Origin: Takakia lepidozioides
Lineage: Eukaryota > Plantae > Bryophyta
Direction of reading: 5' to 3'
DNA: 64,000 nt
NCBI GenBank assembly: GCA_030704615.1
Contig: CM060734.1
Span: 33,976,001 to 34,040,000 of the forward strand
Position numbers and translations under genes: made by a program. Below are positions 13,555 to 25,474 of the stretch, piece by piece. Every line of letters begins with the position of its first letter. Positions within the stretch are counted from its first letter, which is position 1. The notes under the pieces were generated by a model that saw only the letters and a program-made list of their open reading frames with translations, did not search any database and was not told where the DNA came from.

Positions 13555-13822
13555 TGCAACCGCCAGCAGGGGTGGTCGTATCTTTTTTTCTTTTCTTTAT
13601 TATGTGCGACCACCAGCAGGGGGGTGGTCGCAGATTTGTTTATGTTTTTTAATGGGTGCGACCACCAGCAGGGGGGTGGTCGCAGATTTTTTTATTTTTT
13701 TTAATGGGTGCGACCACCAGTAGGAGGGTGGTCGCAGTTTTTTTTTTTTTTTTTATCAGCAGGGAGGTGTGGTCGCATATATATATATATATATATATAT
13801 TTTAATAGGCGCGACCATCAGC
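13555..13822 (+). repeat. Element A internal hairpin-repeat cluster, left part, cut by element B
   Basis: Same GCGACCACCAGCAGG...GGTGGTCGCA unit. The last unit stops at the TSD CCATCAGC (13815-13822). Confidence 0.88.
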
Positions 13823-14285
13823 GGGGGCTGCTATTTCATGAGCCATGAGCTATGAGCGGCATGAGCCATGAGCAGAGTCGTAAGTGTGGAAAAAAACATG
13901 AGCAGCACTATTTTCCGGAAATGAGTGTCCGCGGGAATAGGGTTTAGGGTGCCACGGTCATAGGGGGAGAAGGACCTCCCGATGAAGGAGGTTCGGCAAT
14001 GTTATTTAGAATTATATATTGAAAGGCAATGTTTCGCGAATGGAAGGGTGGTACTGCTCTGTACAATGGGGGCCCATTTCAGCCTACCAGCCACTTGGAA
14101 AATCCACCCTCACTCCCAATCCCAAACGAAATGAGCAATGACGCATTCTCGGAACGATGGACACAGAATAGAATAAAAAGAGGGCACAATGAGGTTTTTA
14201 TTGATCCACATGAATTGCATTTGAAGCACGTCTACTGTGCTGATTGTGCAATCAAATCTTTAGCCCTGTGCCTACTGAATACAAG

Positions 14286-14850
14286 TCACGTTGTCAATGG
14301 GACTTCGACTGCTCCCAGAACTAGCTCATGAGTCATGGGGCTCCTCCAGGTAAAGTCGATTGCAGCCGTTGTACTGCCCCTAGTGATGTTCACCACAATG
14401 TCCTGCCCTTCAATCATACCACCATCGAATATGGAAATCTTCACGTTTTCGTCGTCCACACCAATGCGAATGTCCCCATACAAGGGAGAAGAGGAGCGCA
14501 CTCCTTCAGGAGAATAGGTCTCTCCGATGGAGTCCACCCACGTCCAGTGGTAGCAGTTCCACCGCAACAGCATAGCAGTGCGCCTTCTTCTGCATGGGTG
14601 ACCGTCGTAGCTGGGAAAATCGGAATCGAGGATGCGCAGGAGCCACGGACTCCTCAGACCAAGATCGTCACCCCGCTCGAAGGCGTAGTGGCCTAGGATA
14701 TACTCAAAAGCCACCAATGTTTCCACAATCGAACCAATATCTTCTCTATAATCTGTGTACCAGATAACAATGTCTCCCGATGTGGCCGAATACATTGCAT
14801 AATCGATGCCTCCAAATGGGCAGTCGTCCCGGTTCCGGAAGCACGGCATC
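14286..14850 (-). CDS. Uncharacterised element B protein, paralog 1
   Basis: Open frame MPCFRNRDDCPFGGIDYAMYSATSGDIVIW...FERG...PWLLRILDSDFPS, clearly homologous to the divergent ORF at 15405. Confidence 0.6.
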
Positions 14851-15404
14851 ATTGCAAAGGAGGACCTGAGGACGACTTGGATGCCGATGACAATGACCTT
14901 GCGGACAGCTACGAAGCCCTTAGATTTTGAAAATGATGCAAAGCGGAAGAGCAGTCCGGCCTCCAATAATGGAGCATCTGGGTCCCACGTACCCACCGAC
15001 GGAGGTGGAACGTGTTCATCACGCCAGCGGTGGATGAACCCATACATCTTTCTCATCAACAAGTTATAGTTTGAGATCTGCCACCGAAGTCCATCCCCCG
15101 GATGGAAATTCGGCGCCGCATTTACATCGAAGAGGGGATGGACTTCGTCGTGTCCAGTGGCTATCGGCCCACCTGGCAGTGACTGTCCATAGTTTGCATG
15201 GCAGGGTAGGAAACTGAAACGGCTACATTCATGCAGCAGCCAATCTTCATCGGTCCAGGATCCTGTAGGGGGGAAATTTAAATGTGCCCTGGAGTGTTTG
15301 TGAGGAATTGCAGCGTTAGCTTGAACTTTTTCCAGCCACCGCGCTGCTCCTCCTCCATCCGGGAGCTGCTGTCATTGAGCGTACTCCGCTACTCTTTTTC
15401 AAGG

Positions 15405-15775
15405 ATGCCGTGCCGCCGAAATCCAGCCGACTGCCCTTATCATGGCCACGATTATGCTATGTTCAAACCAGAATCAGGAGACATCATTGTCTGGCTCTCT
15501 GTTTTCACAGACGCTGCTGGAATCAAGCAAGAGTCTTTGCGCGCAATGGAGTATCTGGAGGGCTATTACCGCTTTGAGCGAGGTGAGGGCGAGGGTCAAT
15601 GCGGTCCGTGGGTCCTGAAAATTGTTGACTTCGATATACCAAGCTGGAAAGGGATATGACATTGTCGTCGGCTCCAGCAAGGGCAGCAGAACGACCGAAT
15701 TGCAGTTTACCTCAAAGTGCCGCAGCAGTAATGAGCTTGTTTTGAGGGGTATCGAAGTTCCGTCGACTTGGTGAA
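15405..15775 (+). pseudogene. Uncharacterised element B protein, paralog 2, with a stop at ~15657
   Basis: MPCRRNPADCPYHGHDYAMFKPESGDIIVW...FERG...PWVLKIVDFDIPS aligns without gaps to paralog 1. Confidence 0.55.
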
Positions 15776-16029
15776 GCCCATGTAGAAGGAGGAAGGGCTT
15801 AGTTTTGTCTGCAGTTGGTAAATGTGAGACATCGTGTCCGATCAATAAACCCATCGTACCTCACTTCTGTATGATTGTGTTTCATTCTGTTGAATAACTG
15901 TCGGAATTGGCCCACTGTTTACAATTTGATGTCTCATTTCTACAATTTGTCTGTTCGGATGAATATACCAGAGTAACTGGTATGAGAGTCATGTGTCAAG
16001 AATATACCAGAGTAACGCCATGTTGGACA

Positions 16030-16720
16030 TTGAAATGCGGCACCGCATTCCAATGTCCGACATGGAAATGCGGTGCATCATTTCCGTCCAGGTACACGAA
16101 ATACCAACACGGGTCTATAAATTGGACAGACAACGAGGTTGGCATTGCAAATGCGGCGACGCATTTCCAGCTTGGCAATGGAAACTTCTTTTTGGACAAG
16201 GGAATGCGGTGCCGCATTTCCGTCCAACACTTCGAAAAGTGTGACATTTCCGACTAGCGCGATGGAATGCGTTACCGCATTTCCGTGAGAGGGTCTGCAA
16301 ATGGACAAATTGCGATGTCCGTTCTGGAAATGCGACGCCGCATTTCCATGTCCGTCATCGATTTTTTTTTTACAATGGAATGCGGTGCCAATTTTTGCTG
16401 ATGGGCCTGCAGTTCGAACAACAACCATCCCCAATATGGAAATGCGGCACCGCATTTCCAATTCCGCCATCTCGACCTCCTTGTTCGACCTCTGTAAGCG
16501 TGGTGGCATCCCTGCAATGAGCGGGAGAGGCCAAAACTGGCGTGTGGACAAAGGAAATTTTGGAAATGCGGCACCGCATTTCCAATCGGCCGATTACTTT
16601 TTACTATGCCAACATTGAAATGGAAAATTTAGTCCCTCCCCTGTTTTGGAAATGCGGTGCCGCATTTCCAAAAGAGGTTTTTAGAGTTGCCAAAATTTTG
16701 GAAATGCGGTGCCCCATTTC
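16030..16720. repeat. Dispersed cluster of the GGAAATGCGGYRCCGCATTTCC palindrome
   Basis: About 11 variant copies with non-repeating spacers, downstream of the ParB-MTase gene. Confidence 0.88.
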
Positions 16721-16857
16721 TGATTTTGGGAGCGTTGTGGTTTGGGCGATTGTGTGGCTGGAATGCACACTGGAGAGGGGTCACGAATGTCGGGGAGAAT
16801 TTCCTTTATATACTCTGGAAGAGAATTTACATTTACAGAGACTTCATTAAAATTCTA

Positions 16858-19800
16858 TTAATCTTGAAAATCATCCGAATCCTCATCCTGTTCTAGACTG
16901 TCCTGCTCCGCCTCCACCCCCTCATTGCCTTTCTCATCTCCAGCGGACTGCTCATTGGCCAGGCTTTCGAAAATCCCATCTTCCCCTTGCGGAACTATCC
17001 ATCTCACCTCCGTTGGGTCGTCTTCCTCCCTGTCTGCGTCGCTCTCATCCGCTGAATCACATATGTACTTTCGTACACGTCTACCTGTCTGAGCTGCTGC
17101 CAACTCTTTCCTTATCCTTCTGTCTTCCCTAGCCCTCTCCAAAATCTGCTCTACTTTATTGGGATTCTCACTTCTTCTAATCGCTGTATTTGCGAGTTTA
17201 GCTGCATAACTAGGAAGGGAGTAGTCCCTCACCGGGCTCGTCATGAAGTCGGCCCTCGCAAAGAACGGGACATTCTTCCTGGCAGGAAGTGTAGGCCCTA
17301 CATGTTTCGACCCGGACCCTGCAATCCTGCACATGACAATCATCAACGAGACTAATGAGAACCACAGTCCGGAAATTCGTTTGACAAAAATGACCCAGAA
17401 GGCTTTGCAAACTTACAATGTTTGCACTCACTCGTATTCCGGGTTCTCCTCCGCATCAATGTCCACTGTGTCTTCCTCGGACTCCGACGAATCTGAGGAG
17501 ACTTCCGCTCTGTTGGGAGCCTTAACATTCCGTTGCAGCCCTTCCAGATGGGATCCCCACACGGATGAATCCTCCTCGTAGGCAAAGAGGTGCCGGTCGG
17601 AAAACCGCCCAGCCCACATTGAGGCACCAGTTACAATGCCATCCACACATTACAACATGGCGCTTCAGATGTTGCGAACTACATCCTAACGAGAATTTGC
17701 AAAACAGCATAGATCAAGATTCTGCATACCTGTCCCACAGATGAGGTCGAGCACTGTGCCCTCCACGTCTGTGCATGTCTCCATAATTGTTTGAATGAAG
17801 GCAGGGCTTCGAGTCCGTGAGTACCGCAGGGTTCCGTTGAAGTGAGGCTATGAGGGAGAAGTTCCTTGGGAACGTTGTTGAACAGAACGTTGTAATCGAG
17901 GGGGTCGCATTTCGGGTCAACCTTTCCTCCCTCCTTCTGGAAAGCAAAGGTGGAGTTCTCCTTCACAAAGCAGTATGCATCGAACTGCTTCGTCTGCATA
18001 CACAGGGGGGAACGATTAGAAATCGAATGCGGCACCGCATTTGAAAACACCCAATCAAATGAATGGACGAGTGCCAGTGTCGTAATCACCTTCTTCCCTT
18101 CCGACCGAAGGCCCAGTGTGTTGATGCACGTCCACTTCTTTTTCAAAATCGGGACGGCGCTCTTGCGGGTCCACTTCGCAATTCCTGTCTGAGTGTTTTT
18201 TCCTCTGCTCGCCAGGACAACCACACAGCCTCTGTCGTCCAACACCATGCGGGCAAGCCCGAATCATTTCTTCCAAAAGTCCTCCGAGTACCTGTTCCAA
18301 GATGGCAAAGCTTGCAGTCCTTCCACAGGCTCTCCGTCCGGAATATCCAAGATGATCATATCGCAAGACCACTCGGTGGCATTTCCGCCCTCCTACAATC
18401 CTTGTCTGCACACACCCTCTCAAGAACGAGACCATATTTTGAAATCCTGGGGTGTCGGAAGGCTCTTCGGCAGTCGCCTTCTTCAGTGCTCTGCCCTTCA
18501 GACCCTCCATGGTCTTCATGTATGCCAACTTGGCTGCCCGCCCATCCAAAGCCGCCAAGAAACTCTCATTTACACACTGGACTACTGTTTCGGGAGCCAC
18601 TTTCGGCCTCTTCATTTCCACCGGCTTGAAAGGGTGCCCCCCTGGGGGGTTGAAGAGTGCCTTCTTTGCCGAGCTAGTTCTCGTGCCTCTCGTGACAACG
18701 GTGGGCACAGGGGAGGCAGCCTGCGTTTGGGGGGGTGGGCTGGTTGCAAAGTCTCCATCGGAGTCATCTTCCTCACCCTCTTCCTGAACAGGCTGTTTCT
18801 GCTTCTTCGTTTTGGCGGGTGTCACAACAGCTGCTCCTTGCTGGCGAGTCCTCTTCTTCGACCCCTTCTGTTGGGCCTGCACAGCTGCATCCACCGTCTT
18901 TTGTGCCATCTCAGCTGCATTTCTGGATTCTTCCAGAGCAGCAGATTCCTTTGCCGACTTTGGCCCAGCAGGGACACGTCTTTCCTTTCTCTTCTCTTCT
19001 GCCAAGGCGTGCAGATCTTTCTCAGACTCGTCAACAATACCGCCAGACATATCCAGGTACCAGGGGCATCCAATGAGATGCGCGGGATGCCATTGTTTCT
19101 GCATCTCGGGTGTGTAGACACAGCTTGGGCCCGCCACGGTCCAAGCCATGAAGAACGGGGGCTCTTGAGCCAGGGCCCCTGTCTGAAGGAGCACGTATTT
19201 CATATACCTGCAAGGCAGTCAGGTTGCGTGAGCATAAGATTGGACGAACCTATTGGCAGAGTGCCACTGAAAACATAAAATGCGAATGCGGTGCCGCATT
19301 TCCGAGACAAACCTCGTAACTAGGCTTCGCATACAAGGGCAGCTGTGCTTCACCTGTAAACAATTCGCATTGCAGCTTTCCCCGCTCCCTCCTGATGTGT
19401 AAACTCCACGCTCCTTCTTGCTGTCTGTAGCTCTCTGGCGAAAAGGTTGTCCTTGTACGCACATCTGAAACGTGTCACATAGTCTTCCAATGTCTGTGTT
19501 CCATCCCATTTGACGTACAAGCCGAACGAATTTGTGTGCATTACGACTTGCTCCTTCGCATTCGACATTACCTGCGATTCCCAAATGCATTGTCACGTAG
19601 CAGTTCAGGGAATTCATTTCAGAAAAGCAAATATGGGGAAGTACCTTGAATTACCTGGAACCACCAAGTCATGCGGTTGAGCCACACATCCACTGCAGGG
19701 TCGGAAACTTCGAGTGGAAAAGACCACGTTGTCCTTATGCTCTCGGATGCATTCCAGATCGACAGCCACCGTGTCTGCCATTTCCAATCCAATGTCAGGA

Positions 19801-21980
19801 GCTGGAAGAGAGTGGCTATTGCTAGGAAGGAACTTCAGTGCATTGAAACCTCACCTTCTCTTTCGCCTCAACACATGCCGTTGAGAGGTGATGCAGTTTC
19901 TCCAATTGCATGGTCGGCTGCATGGACCGAGAATAGTGTTTTGCAATCTCGGGGATGAAGTCCTTTCCAAGTGCCGGATCTGCAATTGCCACCAGCTTCA
20001 CAAGCTTTGACTTGTATTTGGTTCTGGACTTGACACCGGCTTCCTTCAAGTGCTCAGTCAATGACTGCAACGTTTTCACCTGCCCCTCACTTTCCATGAA
20101 GAAGCGTTTGGCATGGGCCAAATCCAGCTTGATGTTTGACTGCCAACAAAAACATGCAGAAGCGTTACATTCGATTCATGTGGAAAGATTACTGGAAATT
20201 GGGGAAGGATGAGGAGAGGAAATTGGAGGACGACTTACTTCGTATATCACCTCCACCATTCCATCCATAGTGAGACGATACCATGTCCGGTCTGTTTTTG
20301 CAACGGCTTTCTGAATGAGCTCGGGCTCCAGCATTTCCGCAAACATCTGCGGATCAGTGAGACCAGTTTTCCTCACCCTGTACAGCATATGTGCCATGTG
20401 GGTATGCACGTACGCATTCTCAGTGACCCTGCAAGGCACACTCTCCAGTTCAGTACACGGAAGCACGGAAACAAACCAGAATGGAAACCGAAATGCGGCA
20501 CCGCATTTCGAACGTGCTAGGGAGGGTATGAGTATCTTACGAGTTGAGGTCCGCCATGGCATTCTTGAGCAAGGAGGAGTCTGCCGCCTTCACCTTGAGG
20601 ATGACACACTCCACCATGTAATGCCAACCAATGTGCTTGGCATGGTTCTGCTTGATGTACTCCCACCAGGCAAGAAGTCGGTGATTCCCGTCCCACACAA
20701 AGAACATTTTACCCGACATATGGCCGAAGTCTGGATCACCCTTCAGCGTCGCCTCGAATTCGTCGTTGCGAGTGTGCCAGTGGGTATCCCACGTTGACAA
20801 TTCATCGGCAGTGGGTCCACGAGTTTCGCCGTCCTCATTCTCAATGGAAACGTAAAACGCTACCGATCCCAGACGGTACCCTTCTCGAAATGCGAACTTC
20901 AGCTTATCCACATCTCCGGGAAGGGCCTGCCTGACGATGGGAAGGGAGACCATGCGACAGAGTGGGATTCGAAGAGTCCGCTGGAATACCCTGCTGCCCA
21001 AAACTCTGCCAATGCTACTGTGTGTCTCCTCCAACATTTTATCCGCTGCACTTTTGAAATCCTCCGGAGACATGTCTGTAGGTGCCGGTAGTGGCTGAGC
21101 AGCTGGAGCATCCTCAACTGGAGCTGCACTCTGGGGCCTGTTTGCGGGCAATTCTGCCATTGCAGAGGCCTCCTCCGGGCCTGCTTGCTCATCGGTGGTG
21201 AGGTCTTGCTGCGAACGTTGAGCGGCAGCACCCTCCTCCGGTACCAAATCGACAGAAACGGTCGATCCCATTGCCTTCGCTGCAGCAGAGACGGCCCCAA
21301 CATCTGCAAGCGGGAAATCCTCCAGGAACTGAGCTTCAGCTCGTGGAAGCGGTTTTGTGGGAGATTGTTCGGCCGTCGCCCCGATTGCCTTCTGCTTCCT
21401 CATCCTTGCAGGTGAAGGTGTCTGCTGCAATTGAATCTGTCTTTTACCCTGCTGCTTCATTCGCGTTGGTGGGGGTGAAACGGCCTGAGCCGGTTCAGAA
21501 ACCAGTAGAGGGACGGGCTGCTTTTTCTTCGACTTTGCTAGAGAAGGGCCCGACCCCTGCTGGCGATTCTCCATGGCCGAAGAACGCGAGTCGATCTCTG
21601 GGGCTTTGAACTTGCCCTTCGAAGCCGCGTCTTTGAAACGCACAGGGCTAGGCCCGGCAGGAATACCCGCGCTCGGGGATCGGGTGGTGTACGTGCTGCA
21701 GCTAGCTCCACGGACTCTTCCTGCGGCTCTTCGGATTCTTGTGATCCCTCCAGCACGTCCACCTTTCCTGTTAGGCATGCAAACATGTTCTGCATTCAAG
21801 TCTCCTAGCATTCAGTCTAAGAATTACAGAAGCAAAATGGGGGGTTCGGTGCTCGATCAGCTGCGCGCAGCCTGATCGCATGGAGCTCTCACTGGTGGCT
21901 GGGTTGCCTGAGTGGCCTGCTGCTCGGAGATGACAATCTCCTCCTGTAGACGCATCTGCTTCCTCCCCTTCGGCATTGGC
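16858..21980 (-). pseudogene. Multi-exon gene: ParB/Srx-like domain fused to a beta-class DNA amino-methyltransferase-like domain (N6/N4 fold)
   Basis: ParB-like: RIPLCRMVSLPIVRQ...DVDKLK...FYVS...FFVWDGNHRLLAW (20678-20692). MTase: CDMIILDIPDG (18336-18347, motif IV position), LARMVLDDRGCVVVL, and RSPAFIQTIMETCTDVEGTVLDLICGTG|ASMWAGRFSDRHLFAYEED (motifs X-I-II, 17730-17754, across a GT intron). In-frame stop at ~18264 and frameshift at ~17845. Start codon uncertain. Confidence 0.72.
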
Positions 21981-22419
21981 CTACGTCCGAAGTATAATTT
22001 TCGGAGCTTGCGACGAGGTCTCCTGTCTGGTGCACGAACTCCCCCCCTCTCAGGTTCGAGCATAAGAAGAACAGAGAAAGGGAAAAGGGGCAAAGAGTGC
22101 AGATGGAAAGGGCGCGAGAGGGGTGACTGAGGAGACATGACAAAAGTAGATGAAACGGCGGTGATGCACCACATGGGTTCGAAAGGGTTGGACGAAAGTG
22201 TCTCCTCGTGGCCTTTGCGTCATTACGAAATTCAAATCGTTCAGGGAACGCCTGCCGTCCGAAAAACAAACATCATTATCCAACGGTCAGGCCGCGCCGC
22301 CTCATGCCACTTCAGTCAGATAGAGTGCAGACATATGCCGCAATTCCGTTGCTCCACGTGTTCACATTTCAAGGCATTTCCGTCCCAGCGTCTCATGAGT
22401 TGGAGTGAAAATGCGAATC

Positions 22420-25400
22420 CGGCGCCGCATTTCCGTTAAGTACCATCACGAAGCTACACATCCGTACTTGTTGGAAGAAAATGCGGCACCGCATTTCCGT
22501 TCCACCTTCACATACCTTAGTTGATGAACGGAAATACGGTGCCGCATTTCCGTCCCACAGCTCCATGTATGAGATACAAAAGGGAAATGCGGCGCCGCAT
22601 TTTCGTTCTAGAATGTCGGAAGGTGCGACTCGGACGGAAATGCTGTGCCGCATTTCTGTTCCCGTTGTTCACGATTTTCAGTCAGAACGGAAATGCGGTA
22701 CTGCATTTCCGTTCTGTAGAGTATTAAGGTCTGACCCTGGCGGAAATGCGGTGCCGCATTTTCGTTCCACAGCTCCATGCCTCACATACAAAACAGAAAT
22801 GCGGCGCCGCATTTCCGTTTTGGAATGTCGGAAGGTGCGACTCCGACGGAAAAACGGTACCGCATTTCAGTTCCGATGTTTCACGATTTTTCATCAGAAC
22901 GGAAATGCGGTGCCACATTTCCATTCTAGAATGTCGGAAGGTGCGACTCGGACGGAAATGCGGTGCCGCATTTCTGTTCCCGTTGTTCACGATTTTCAGT
23001 CAGAACGGAAATGCGGTACGGCATTCCCGTTCTGTCGAGTATTAAGGTCTGACCCTGGCGGAAATGCGGTGCCGCATTTTCGTTCCACAGCTCCATGCCT
23101 CAAATACAAAACGGAAATGCGGCGCCGCATTTCCGTTTTGGAATGTTGGAAGGTGCGACTCCGACGGAAAAGCGGTACCGCATTTCAGTTCCGATGTTTC
23201 ATCACGATTTTTCATCAGAACGGAAATGCGGTGCCGCATTTCCGTTCTAGAATGTCGGTAGGTGCGACTCGGACGGAAATGCGGTGCCGCATTTCTGTTC
23301 CCGCTGTTCACGATTTTCAGTCAGAACGAAAATGCGGTACCGCATTTCCGTTCTGTCGAGTATTAAGGTCTGACCCTGGCGGAAATGCGGTGCCGCATTT
23401 CGTTCCACAGCTCCATGCCTCACATACAAAACGGAAACGCGGCGCCGCATTTCCGTTTTGGAATGTCGGAAGGTGCGACTCCGAAGGAAAATCGGTACTC
23501 GCATTTCAGTTCCGATGTTTCACGATTTTTCATCAGAACGGAAATGCGGTGCCGCATTTCCGTTCTAGAATGTCGGAAGGTGCGACTCGGACGGAAATGC
23601 GGTGCCGCATTTCTGTTCCCGTTGTTCACGATTTTCAGTCAGAACGGAAATGCGGTACCGCATTTCTGTTCTGTAGAGTATTAAGGTCTGACCCTGGCGG
23701 AAATGCGGTGCCGCATTTTCGTTCCACAGCTCCATGCCTCACATACAAAACGGAAATGCGGCGCCGCATTTCCGTTTTGGAATGTCGGAAGGTGCGACTC
23801 CGACGGAAAGCGGTACCGCATTTCAGTTCCGATGTTTCACGATTTTTCATCAGAACGGAAATGCGGTGCCGCATTTCATTCTAGAATGTCGGAAGGTGCG
23901 ACTCGGACGGAAATGCGGTGCCGCATTTCTGTTCCCGTTGTTCACGATTTTCAGTCAGAACGGAAATGCGGTACCGCATTCCCGTTCTGTCGAGTATTAA
24001 GGTCTGACCCTGGCGGAAATGCGGTGCCGCATTTTCGTTCCACAGCTCCATGCCTCACATACAAAACGGAAATGCGGCGCCGCATTTCCGTTTTGGAATG
24101 TTGGAAGGTGCGACTCCGACGGAAAAGCGGTACCGCATTTCAATTCCGATGTTTCACAATTTTTCATCAGAACGGAAATGCGGTGCCGCATTTCCGTTCT
24201 AGAATGTCGGAAGGTGCGACTCGGACGGAAATGCGGTGCCGCATTTCCGTTCTAGAATGTCGGAAGGTGCGACTCGGACGGAAATGCGGTGCCGCATTTC
24301 TGTTCCCGTTGTTCACGATTTTCAGTCAGAACGAAAATGCGGTACCGCATTTCCGTTCTGTCGAGTATTAAGGTCTGACCCTGGCGGAAATGCGGTGCCG
24401 CATTTTCGTTCCACAGCTCCATGCCTCACATACAAAACGGAAATGCGGCGCCGCATTTCCGTTTTGGAATGTCGGAAGGTGCGACTCCGACGGAAAATCG
24501 GTACCGCATTTCAGTTCCGATGTTTCACGATTTTTCATCAGAACGGAAATGCGGTGCCGCATTTCCGTTCTAGAATGTCGGAAGGTGCGACTCGGACGGA
24601 AATGCGGTGCCGCATTTCTGTTCCCGTTGTTCACGATTTTCAGTCAGAACGGAAATGCGGTACCGCATTTCCGTTCTGTAGAGTATTAAGGTCTGACCCT
24701 GGCGGAAATGCGGTGCTGCATTTTCGTTCCACAGCTCCATGCCTCACATACAAAACGGAAATGCGGCGCCGCATTTCCGTTTTGGAATGTCGGAAGGTGC
24801 GACTCCGACGGAAAAGCGGTACCGCATTTCAGTTCCGATGTTTCACGATTTTTCATCAGAACGGAAATGCGGTGCCGCATTTCCGTTCTAGAATGTCGGA
24901 AGGTGCGACTCGGACGGAAATGCGGTGCCGCATTTCTGTTCCCGTTGTTCACGATTTTCAGTCAGAACGGAAATGCGGTACCGCATTTCCGTTCTGTAGA
25001 GTATTAAAGTCTGACCCTGGCGGAAATGCGGTGCCGCATTTTCGTTCCACAGCTCCATGCCTCACATACAAAACGGAAATGCGGCGCCGCATTTCCGTTT
25101 TGGAATGTCGGAAGGTGCGACTCCTACGGAAAAGCGGTACCGCATTTCAGTTCCGATGTTTCACGATTTTTCATCAGAACGGAAATGCGGTGCCGCATTT
25201 CCGTTCTAGAATGTCGGAAGGTGCGACTCGGACGGAAATACGGTGCCGCATTTCTGTTCCCGTTGTTCACGATTTTCAGTCAGAACGGAAATGCGGTACC
25301 GCATTTCCGTTCTGGGATAGTATGAATGTCTCAAGCGGTCGGAATTGCACTCGGCTCCATGCATCAGATACAAAATGGAAATGCGGCGCCGCATTTCCGT

Positions 25401-25474
25401 TCTGGAATGTCGGAAAGTGCGACACGGACGGAAATGCGGTGCCACATTTCTGTTCCCGTTGTTCATAATTCTCA
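22420..25474. repeat. Higher-order tandem array: 53-bp monomers, each with a 22-bp palindrome, grouped as a 318-bp hexamer (~8-9 copies)
   Basis: Anchor gtattaaggtctgaccctggcgg at ~22721, 23039, 23360, 23678, 23994, 24365, 24683 and 25001. One unit is 371 bp (318+53). Confidence 0.95.

Noticed and set aside
18063-19278. Plus-strand ORFs of 188 and 361 aa (likewise 5338..6072, 11595..12329, 29426..30040)
   Set aside because: Antisense shadows of motif-bearing genes on the opposite strand.
22481-25468. Long ORFs of 467, 222 and 410 aa
   Set aside because: By-products of a 318-bp (multiple of 3) stop-poor repeat, with the same peptides appearing in several frames and on both strands.
22420-25474. 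CRISPR array (palindromic 22-bp repeats with ~31-bp spacers)
   Set aside because: Spacers recur every six units and resemble each other, there are no cas genes, and the context is a eukaryotic TE.
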